DNA from: Arcobacter sp.
GTDB taxonomy: Bacteria > Campylobacterota > Campylobacteria > Campylobacterales > Arcobacteraceae
DNA length: 12,887 nucleotides
Assembly (NCBI GenBank): GCA_965662175.1
Contig: CBFIGT010000043.1
Span: 1-12,887 of the forward strand
Direction: 5' to 3'
The notes below the pieces were generated by a model, which saw only the letters and a program-made list of their open reading frames with translations, ran no database searches and was not told the DNA's origin. Shown in pieces: positions 6,031 to 12,887 of the stretch; the stretch's first letter is position 1; every line of letters begins with the position of its first letter. Position numbers and translations under genes: made by a program.

Positions 6031-7320
6031 ATGAGAGATTTACTAGGCAAATTATGGTTTCAAGTTATATTAGGAATGCTTGGTGGCGTTTCTTTGGGTT
6101 TGATACTCTCGCCATCTGCTTTTGCGCTAGTTGATGAAAAGATTGCTTTTGCCCTTGCTCCTTGGATTGCCCTTGGTGGTAATATATTTTTAGCACTTAT
6201 TAAGATGATAGTTATTCCTTTGGTTATGAGTTCTATTATTTTAGGAATTACAAGTGCTGGAAATACTGAAGTTTTAAAAAGTCTTGGTTTTAAAATTGCC
6301 CCTTATTTTGTAATAACAACAATAATAGCTGTTACTTTAGGAATATTTATAACATATTTAATTCATCCAGGAACTTATGTTTCAGCTGATATTGTAAGTC
6401 AAATAAGTACTTCAAGTGTTCAAGTTGCTAAAAGTGTTGAAGATATTTCAGTGCCTGATTTAATAGTAGGATTAATTCCAATAAGTGCTGTAAAAGCTGA
6501 ACTTGATGGAAATATATTAGCCTTTGTCGTTTTGGCTATTTTTATTGGTGTTGCTTTGATGAATATTGATGATGAGGATGCTAGACCTTTAAAGGATTTA
6601 GCAAAATCACTTCAAGCTTTTTCTATGAAAGTAGTTGATTGGGCTATGAAATTAGCACCTTATGCTGTTTTTGGTCTTTTATGTAATATTACTATTAAAA
6701 TAGGTTTTGATGCCATATCATCCATGTCTATGTATGTTTTAACAGTTATATTTGGATTACTTTTACTTTTATGTTTTTATTTGCTTGTTGTATATTTTAT
6801 AGGAAAAGTTAAACCATTGGTTTTTTTATCAAAAATTAGAGAAGTACAACTTATGGCTTTTTCAACTTCATCATCAGCTGCTGTTATGCCCTTATCTATG
6901 AAAACAGCAGAAAAAGAGTTGAATGTTCCTAGTACAATCTCAAAATTTGTAATACCTTTAGGGGCAACTGTAAATATGGATGGAACAGCTCTTTATCAAG
7001 TGTGTGCAGCTATATTTTTAACCCAGCTATTTGGTATAGATTTAACACTTATTGAAGTGGTAATTTTAGCATTTACAACAGTTGGTGCTTCAATTGGAGC
7101 ACCTAGTACACCAGGAGTTGGTATAGTAATACTTGCTACAATTTTACAAGGTATTGGTGTTCCTGTTGAGGGAATTGCACTTATTTTAGGAGTTGATAGA
7201 ATTTTAGATATGTGTAGAACAACTATAAATGTAACAGGAGATTTAACAGCAACTTTAGTGATGAAAAGATTTACAAATTTTCCCTCACAAGAGGTGGCTG
7301 AAAAAATTTCAGCCCTTTGA
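6031..7320 (+). CDS. Dicarboxylate/amino acid:cation symporter (DAACS, GltP/DctA family)
   Basis: AFSTSSSAA, PLGATVNMDGTALY and GVDRILDMCRTTINVTGD motifs; multiple TM segments; ATG directly abuts the SDR stop codon. Confidence 0.95.
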   Translation: MRDLLGKLWFQVILGMLGGVSLGLILSPSAFALVDEKIAFALAPWIALGGNIFLALIKMIVIPLVMSSIILGITSAGNTEVLKSLGFKIAPYFVITTIIAVTLGIFITYLIHPGTYVSADIVSQISTSSVQVAKSVEDISVPDLIVGLIPISAVKAELDGNILAFVVLAIFIGVALMNIDDEDARPLKDLAKSLQAFSMKVVDWAMKLAPYAVFGLLCNITIKIGFDAISSMSMYVLTVIFGLLLLLCFYLLVVYFIGKVKPLVFLSKIREVQLMAFSTSSSAAVMPLSMKTAEKELNVPSTISKFVIPLGATVNMDGTALYQVCAAIFLTQLFGIDLTLIEVVILAFTTVGASIGAPSTPGVGIVILATILQGIGVPVEGIALILGVDRILDMCRTTINVTGDLTATLVMKRFTNFPSQEVAEKISAL

Positions 7321-7321
7321 T

Positions 7322-8218
7322 TTATATATTAAATCTCTTGAATATTCTTATATTATTTAGGATTTTTACAGCAATTAAGGTTAAAATAGTCCCTATAATA
7401 ATAGCTAAACTTACATGCTCTTTTAGAAAAATCACACTAAAGATTATTGCAAAAAATGGAACTAAAAAGATAAAAGAGCTAACTTCATTTGTACCTAGTT
7501 TTTCAATACCTATAAAATAAATAGATGTGGAAAAGGTTGTTGAAACTATAGCCAAACTTAAGATATTTGCCCAAAATATAAAGTCAAAACTTCCATAAGC
7601 TATTTTTAGTGGCTCAACAAAGAATATTAATACTAAAATAGTCATAAAAAAATACATATAAAAAGAGAAAACCAAAGGTGAGGTTTTTGTGGCTTTTGAG
7701 CTTAGTATGGTAATAATTGGCCAAAAAGCAGATGCTAATAAAAAGTAAATATTATGTTTTGTAAATATCTGTTCAACTGAAAATGACCAAACATTTAAAA
7801 TAGTCATAACACCAATAGCTCCTAAAATTAAAGCAAAAATATCTTTTCTTAGAATTCTTTTACCAAAAAAAAGTGCCATAATTATAAATGTATTTATTGG
7901 TATTAAAGTAGTTACTAAAGCCCCACCAAGACTTGCTGTTCCAAATTTTGTGCCTAAAAAATAGTATTTTAAATAGAGTATCATAACAATAGCTGTCAAA
8001 AAAGAGAGAGCCAAACTTTTTATATTTGTTTTAAAATATTTTCTACTTAACATTAAAACAGGAGCTAAAGTGATAATCGTAAAGAAATTTCTTAAAAAAA
8101 TTAGTTCATACTCATTTATATATGAGCTTAAAACTTTTGCATTTACCCAAGAAGCTCCCCATCCTGCCATGGCAAGAAACATTAGAAAATAAAAAATATT
8201 TTTATTTTGTTCTTTCAT
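7322..8218 (-). CDS. DMT superfamily (EamA-like) transporter
   Basis: About 10 TM helices in two repeats; WGASW near the N-terminus; FLVPFFAIIFSVIFLKE near the C-terminus. Confidence 0.9.
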   Translation of the reverse strand: MKEQNKNIFYFLMFLAMAGWGASWVNAKVLSSYINEYELIFLRNFFTIITLAPVLMLSRKYFKTNIKSLALSFLTAIVMILYLKYYFLGTKFGTASLGGALVTTLIPINTFIIMALFFGKRILRKDIFALILGAIGVMTILNVWSFSVEQIFTKHNIYFLLASAFWPIITILSSKATKTSPLVFSFYMYFFMTILVLIFFVEPLKIAYGSFDFIFWANILSLAIVSTTFSTSIYFIGIEKLGTNEVSSFIFLVPFFAIIFSVIFLKEHVSLAIIIGTILTLIAVKILNNIRIFKRFNI

Positions 8219-8244
8219 TTTTGCTCTTTATTTTAATGTTAGAA

Positions 8245-9021
8245 TTATTTTATATTAGTAATTAATTCTATTGGAAGGTGGTCACTGATATTTTTAGTAT
8301 AAAATTTGAAGTCTTTTGCCAAGTCTGTTCTTACTTTTGCAACTCCTTTTAGCTCTATTCCTATAAAATGGTCATAACTTTTACTTAAACCTTTTTTTCC
8401 TAAAGTGGTTTTTTCATCTATTAAAACTTCATAATTTTTTAGATTTTTCATAATATCTTTTTTTTCTAGATTAAAATCTCCTGCTATAATTATATTCTCT
8501 TTTTTGATTTTATATCTATTTTGGATTGATGCTACAATTTTAGCTAAGTTTTTTAACTCTTTAATCCTTTGGGCTTTTTTATTTCCATAAATTATATGAA
8601 TATTAACTATAGCAATCTTATCATCTAAAATTATAGCCATTGGAGGTCTTGCAAAATCTTTGTAGTTAAAGAACTCCACTTCTTTTATATTTTTATATTT
8701 TTTATTTATCAAAAAACCATATATCTCTTTATGGGTATCTCTACCTTTTTCTTTAGATGTAACTCTTTTAAAATCACTAAATAAAATCTCTTTTATTCCA
8801 CCTGATAAAAAATAGATGATTTGTCTATCTCTTAACTCTTGTAAACAAATTACATCAAAATCACTATTTGAAGATATATATTCATTTATTCTAGAGATAG
8901 ATTTTTTAAATAAAAGTGAATTTAGTGAAACATTCTTAAGGTTCCAACTTGCAACTTTTAACTCCTGTGAAAATAGAAATAATGGTAAAAATGCAAGTAA
9001 AAATAGTATCTTTTTAATCAA
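8245..9021 (-). CDS. Secreted endonuclease/exonuclease/phosphatase (EEP, DNase I-like) protein
   Basis: Signal peptide, then SWNLKN, CLQE, NIH, AGDFN, YDHF and SDHLPI catalytic motifs; TTG start with an AAGAGG RBS inside the end of nhaA. Confidence 0.88.
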   Translation of the reverse strand: MIKKILFLLAFLPLFLFSQELKVASWNLKNVSLNSLLFKKSISRINEYISSNSDFDVICLQELRDRQIIYFLSGGIKEILFSDFKRVTSKEKGRDTHKEIYGFLINKKYKNIKEVEFFNYKDFARPPMAIILDDKIAIVNIHIIYGNKKAQRIKELKNLAKIVASIQNRYKIKKENIIIAGDFNLEKKDIMKNLKNYEVLIDEKTTLGKKGLSKSYDHFIGIELKGVAKVRTDLAKDFKFYTKNISDHLPIELITNIK

Positions 9022-9026
9022 ACGTA

Positions 9027-10307
9027 TTAACCTCTTTTAACCCTAAGAATTAAAAATACTCCAATAACAGCTGCTATAAATGAAGCTACAAAAACACCAA
9101 GTTTTACAGCACTAATAATAGTTTCATCTAAAAATGCAAGGTGAGTAATAAAAATAGACATAGTAAATCCAATACCACCTAAAAATCCAACAGCTACAAC
9201 TTCAGACCAAGAGATATTACTAGGTTTTCTTATTATTCTTAATTTGTGCGCTAAATATGTAAATCCAAATATACCTATTGGTTTACCAATAATTAATCCA
9301 AAAACAACACCAAGAACAATCATTAAGTTTGCACTAACTGTACTAAAATCAATCAAAACACCTGCATTTGAAAAAGCAAATAAAGGCATAATAAAAAATG
9401 CTGATAAGCCATGAAGATTGTGCTCAAGTCTAACTAAAGGGTTTTGTACTTTATCGTAGTTATAAGCAATATTTTCTAAACTATCAATTTGATGGTGATT
9501 TAAAATTGGAATATCATCAATATGTTTTTCGAAGTTATTTATATCCTCTTTTGATTCATTTATAAACTTATTTTCATCAATCTTTGAACTTATTGGAATA
9601 GCAAAGGCTAACAAAACTCCTGCAATAGTTGCATGAATACCAATTGAATGAATATAAACCCATAAAGCAATTCCTAAAATCAGATATGGAGTGATTTTTG
9701 TAACTCCTTTAAAGTTTAAAGCCCAAATCAGAGCATAAATAATTCCTGCATGTAAGAAATATTCACTATGTATTTCACTTGTATAAACAGTAGCCACAAC
9801 TAAAACAGCACCCAAATCATCAACAACAGCAAGGGCAACTAAAAATAGTTTTAAAGCTGGATTTACTTTAGTTCCTAAAAGCATTAGAATTCCAAGTGCA
9901 AAAGCAATATCTGTTGCCATTGGTATTCCAAAACCTAAAGGATTACTAGGATTTAAACCCACATAAATTAAAGCAGGAATTACCATCCCTCCAATTGCAG
10001 CAACAATAGGGAAAGAGGCTTTCCTAACAGTTGAAAGTTCACCTATTAACATCTCTCTTTTTATTTCAAGTCCAACCATTAGGAAAAATAGTGCCATAAG
10101 ACCATCATCAATCCAATATGTTAAACTCATAGAAACAGATAATTCACCAATATTAACACCCAAGGGTAAGTGCCATAAATCGTAATATGCTTGACCTAAG
10201 CTTGAATTTGCAACTAATACAGCTGTTATAGTTGCTAGAAATAGTAAAATACCACTTAAAGCTTCTTTATTAATGAATCTATCTATGGTAAGTAACTTTT
10301 CAATCAT
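9027..10307 (-). CDS. nhaA: Na+/H+ antiporter NhaA
   Basis: WIDDGLMALFF, GLEIKRE, PMATDIAFALG, AVVDDLGA, GKPIG and GIGFTMSIFI motifs; AAGGA RBS. Confidence 0.96.
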   Translation of the reverse strand: MIEKLLTIDRFINKEALSGILLFLATITAVLVANSSLGQAYYDLWHLPLGVNIGELSVSMSLTYWIDDGLMALFFLMVGLEIKREMLIGELSTVRKASFPIVAAIGGMVIPALIYVGLNPSNPLGFGIPMATDIAFALGILMLLGTKVNPALKLFLVALAVVDDLGAVLVVATVYTSEIHSEYFLHAGIIYALIWALNFKGVTKITPYLILGIALWVYIHSIGIHATIAGVLLAFAIPISSKIDENKFINESKEDINNFEKHIDDIPILNHHQIDSLENIAYNYDKVQNPLVRLEHNLHGLSAFFIMPLFAFSNAGVLIDFSTVSANLMIVLGVVFGLIIGKPIGIFGFTYLAHKLRIIRKPSNISWSEVVAVGFLGGIGFTMSIFITHLAFLDETIISAVKLGVFVASFIAAVIGVFLILRVKRG

Positions 10308-10319
10308 TAAAAAATCCTT

Positions 10320-10685
10320 TTATAAGCAATTTGGACAAATGCCTTTTATTATAATATTATCAATTTTGTGATTAATTAATTTGAAGTTTAACTCCTCATG
10401 AATGCATTCAATGGTAGAACAACTAAGGCATATAAAGTGGGCATGTTTACTTTTTTTTATTTCAAAATATCTTTTTTTGTCATTTGATTCAAAAGAGCTA
10501 ATTATATTTTCATCCTCAAATTTAGTAATATTTCTATAAAAAGTTGCTTTGTCCATATTTATTGAAACTTTAATCTCTTCATAACATAAAGGTTTTAAAG
10601 ATTTTAAAAGCACCTCTAGTATCTCTTTTCTTGAGTTAGTTAATTTTATATTAGTATCTTCAATTAATTCTTTTATTTTGTCCAT
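10320..10685 (-). CDS. Fur-family metalloregulator, probably Zur-like
   Basis: T..R..IL helix, KATFYRNI recognition helix, HAHFICLSC and C-terminal GICPNC; divergent from a zinc-binding protein gene. Confidence 0.88.
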   Translation of the reverse strand: MDKIKELIEDTNIKLTNSRKEILEVLLKSLKPLCYEEIKVSINMDKATFYRNITKFEDENIISSFESNDKKRYFEIKKSKHAHFICLSCSTIECIHEELNFKLINHKIDNIIIKGICPNCL

Positions 10686-10690
10686 TTTGT

Positions 10691-10699
10691 ATTATATCA
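10691..10699 (-). promoter_or_regulatory. Extended -10 promoter (TGATATAAT) of the Fur/Zur gene; probably leaderless
   Basis: Minus strand TGATATAAT-ACAAA-ATG: 5 nt between the -10 box and the start codon, with no Shine-Dalgarno. Confidence 0.7.
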
Positions 10700-10708
10700 T
10701 ATGAAGCT

Positions 10709-10723
10709 TGCAACTAAGTTGCG
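10709..10723. promoter_or_regulatory. Palindromic operator copy 1 (TGCAACTAAGTTGCG)
   Basis: 7-1-7 palindrome with one mismatch; 14 nt identical to copy 2. Confidence 0.8.
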
Positions 10724-10738
10724 CTAAAGGATAAATTA

Positions 10739-10744
10739 TATAAT
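10739..10744 (+). promoter_or_regulatory. Putative -10 box (TATAAT) of the znuA-like gene
   Basis: Perfect TATAAT between the two operators, 43 nt before the likely ATG. Confidence 0.6.
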
Positions 10745-10753
10745 ATTCCACAA

Positions 10754-10768
10754 TGCAACTAAGTTGCA
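10754..10768. promoter_or_regulatory. Palindromic operator copy 2 (TGCAACTAAGTTGCA)
   Basis: Perfect 7-1-7 palindrome just downstream of the predicted znuA transcription start. Confidence 0.85.
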
Positions 10769-10787
10769 AAATCAACATGGAGTTATT

Positions 10788-11663
10788 ATGAAAAAAATTT
10801 TTCTTATATGTTTAATGCTTTTTTCTTCACTATATGCAGAAAAAATAGTTACTGTTAGTATTTTGCCACAAAAATATTTTGTAGAAAAAATTGCAAAAGA
10901 GAAAATTAAAGTAAATGTAATGGTGCAACCTGGATTTTCACCTGCAACTTATGAACCAAAAACATCACAAATGAAAGATTTATCTAACTCTTTAATATAT
11001 TTTTCTATAGGTGTAAATTTTGAAAATATTTGGTTAAATAGATTTAAAGATAGTAATCCTAATATGATCTTTGTAGATACATCAAAAGGCATAAAAAAGA
11101 GCATGATTGAGAAACATGAACACAAAGATGAAAAAGAGCATGGACATAAGGATCATGATAAACATGATGAACATGAGGGATTAGACCCACATATTTGGTT
11201 AGATCCAATATTAGTCAAAACACAAGCTAAAAATATTTTAGATGCTATAGTTCAAGTTGATAATATAAATAGAGATTTTTACTATGAAAATTATAAAAAA
11301 TTTTTACTTGAATTAGATGAATTACATCTTGCTTTAACAAATAATTTAAAAGAAGTTAAAGGTAAAAAATTTATGGTGTTTCATCCCTCATGGGGCTATT
11401 TTGCAACAAGATATGATTTAATTCAAGAGGCAGTTGAAAAAGAGGGGAAAGACCCAAAACCAAAAGAGATTATTAGTTTAATAAATGAAGCAAAAGAAGA
11501 GGGTATAAAAATAGTATTTATAGCACCTCAATTTTCTAAAAAATCAGCTGAGATTATCGCAAATGGTATTAAAGGAAAAGTAGCTGTTATTAATCCTTTG
11601 GATGAGAATTGGGCTAAAAGCTTAATTCATACTTCAGAAGAGATAGTAAAAAGTTATAAATGA
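10788..11663 (+). CDS. znuA: Metal ABC transporter substrate-binding protein (ZnuA/TroA family, zinc-type with His-rich loop)
   Basis: Start moved from 10764 (a TTG inside the operator) to the ATG at 10788, which follows GGAG and begins the signal peptide MKKIFLICLMLFSSLYA. Motifs VSILPQKY, TYEPK, His/acidic loop, DPHIWLDP and FHPSWGYF. Confidence 0.88.
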   Translation: MKKIFLICLMLFSSLYAEKIVTVSILPQKYFVEKIAKEKIKVNVMVQPGFSPATYEPKTSQMKDLSNSLIYFSIGVNFENIWLNRFKDSNPNMIFVDTSKGIKKSMIEKHEHKDEKEHGHKDHDKHDEHEGLDPHIWLDPILVKTQAKNILDAIVQVDNINRDFYYENYKKFLLELDELHLALTNNLKEVKGKKFMVFHPSWGYFATRYDLIQEAVEKEGKDPKPKEIISLINEAKEEGIKIVFIAPQFSKKSAEIIANGIKGKVAVINPLDENWAKSLIHTSEEIVKSYK

Positions 11664-11667
11664 TACT

Positions 11668-12885
11668 CTAACTTAAGTGAATATCTAAATCTTTGATTTT
11701 CACACTATCTTTTCCATCAAACTCTTTTTCATTTGCATCTTTTACAATAGTATCAGCAATAAATTGAGTTTGATTTGCAATAATTTTTGCCTCATTTGCA
11801 ATTGAGGCGTTTTGTTGAGTCTGTTTATCTAACAAAGTAACCGCATTATTAATCTGTTCAATTCCTGATTGTTGCTCTTTACTTGCTGTTTCAACACCAT
11901 TTATTAATACTAAAGTTTTTGAAATATTTTCATTTAATCCAAGATAACCTAAAATCATTTTATCAGAGATATTTTTTCCATCATTTGCTTTTACAGTGGC
12001 ATTTTCAACTAAAGATTTTATCTCCTTTGCAGCCTCAGCACTTCTTGAAGCTAGATTTCTTACCTCTTGGGCAACTACAGCAAATCCTTTTCCAGCCTCA
12101 CCAGCTGTTGCTGCTTCAACAGCTGCATTTAGTGATAGGATATTTGTTTGAAATGCTATTTTATCAATAATAGATATTGCTTCATTTATAGAGCTAACTT
12201 GCTCATTTATACTATCCATTGCAGAGGTAGTTTTTGAAGCTAGATTTTCTCCCTCTTTTGCTGAGTTTTTAAGTTCATTTGCATTATTTGCCATTGCAAT
12301 TACATTTTGAGTGTTATTTGATATATTTGAGGTAATCTCTTCAAGTGCTGCTGCTGTTTGCTCAATACTTGCTGCTGCTTCATTTGATGATTTACTTAAA
12401 GTATCAACATTTAATAATAAATCTTTTGCACTTTTTTGAAGAGTAAGTCCATTTGATTTGTTTTCAACTAACATATCATTAATAATATTTGCTAAGATAT
12501 TTAAACCATCAACTGTATTACCCTTTGCCTCTTTTATTCTATGTTTAAAGTTTAATTTTTGATACTCATTAAGTGCTTTTTCTATAGCTGTAATATCATT
12601 TGATATATTTTTTGAAATAATAATTATCATTTCATTAAAAATAGTTTTTAACTCCTCTAAGTTTTTATTATCTGTTGTTGCAGTAATTGTTTCATTTAAA
12701 TTTCCATTCTTAATAAGCTCTACTACTCTTTTTACATCATTAATTAAAATATTATCTTTTTCAAGAAGTGCTTTTGTTTTACTTATATTTTCATTTACCA
12801 ATTCAGAAATTTTTGCTATTTCATCATTTGAATTATTTTTAATTAACTCAACACTTGTTGTATCTCCATTTAAGTAGTTGAAAAA
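11668..12885 (-). CDS. Methyl-accepting chemotaxis protein, C-terminal part (HAMP and signalling domain); 5'-partial
   Basis: [37 protein letters not shown] hairpin. The frame stays open beyond 12801 to the window edge ([29 protein letters not shown]). Confidence 0.96.
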   Translation of the reverse strand, partial: FFNYLNGDTTSVELIKNNSNDEIAKISELVNENISKTKALLEKDNILINDVKRVVELIKNGNLNETITATTDNKNLEELKTIFNEMIIIISKNISNDITAIEKALNEYQKLNFKHRIKEAKGNTVDGLNILANIINDMLVENKSNGLTLQKSAKDLLLNVDTLSKSSNEAAASIEQTAAALEEITSNISNNTQNVIAMANNANELKNSAKEGENLASKTTSAMDSINEQVSSINEAISIIDKIAFQTNILSLNAAVEAATAGEAGKGFAVVAQEVRNLASRSAEAAKEIKSLVENATVKANDGKNISDKMILGYLGLNENISKTLVLINGVETASKEQQSGIEQINNAVTLLDKQTQQNASIANEAKIIANQTQFIADTIVKDANEKEFDGKDSVKIKDLDIHLS

Positions 12886-12887
12886 TC

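Noticed and set aside
5808..6050. 80-aa antisense ORF
   Set aside because: Shadow of the well-supported SDR gene; no motifs.
7317..7520. 67-aa ORF on the plus strand
   Set aside because: Antisense shadow of the EamA transporter.
8816..9040. 74-aa ORF on the plus strand
   Set aside because: Antisense shadow of the EEP nuclease and the end of nhaA.
10764..10787. Longer TTG start for the znuA-like gene
   Set aside because: The TTG is inside the operator palindrome and has no RBS. The ATG at 10788 has GGAG and starts a clean signal peptide.
10924..10950. Operator half-sites TGCAAC within the znuA coding sequence
   Set aside because: Half-sites only, with no palindromic partner; explained by the codons for V-Q-P and P-A-T.
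11883..12170. 95-aa ORF on the plus strand
   Set aside because: Antisense shadow of the conserved MCP signalling domain.

Overview
AT-rich bacterial chromosomal window, most consistent with Campylobacterota, probably Arcobacteraceae. This is inferred from the stand-alone atpE with an N-terminal extension, the FFxYLN...DEI-type HAMP/MCP sequence and TATAAT/TAAAAT promoters without clear -35 boxes. The left ~2.05 kb looks like the end of an integrated element. It holds a 5'-truncated primase-helicase-like (SF3/D5/DUF5906-like) ORF with degenerate NTPase motifs, a short repeat-bearing spacer and a complete tRNA-Leu(GAG) gene (1928-2012, minus strand). Only 44 nt upstream of that tRNA is the orphan 5' half of a different tRNA-Leu(GAG) (2057-2094), broken at the end of the anticodon loop. 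The most striking reading is an element that destroys its target tRNA on integration and supplies a whole, sequence-diverged replacement of the same anticodon behind the host promoter. The rest looks like core chromosome: a small secreted protein, atpE with a structured ~110-nt leader, an SGNH/GDSL hydrolase, an AsmA-like/SDR/DAACS operon, a Fur/Zur-nhaA-EEP nuclease-EamA operon, a divergent ZnuA-like binding protein with two 7-1-7 palindromic operators between them, and the 3' part of a methyl-accepting chemotaxis gene.
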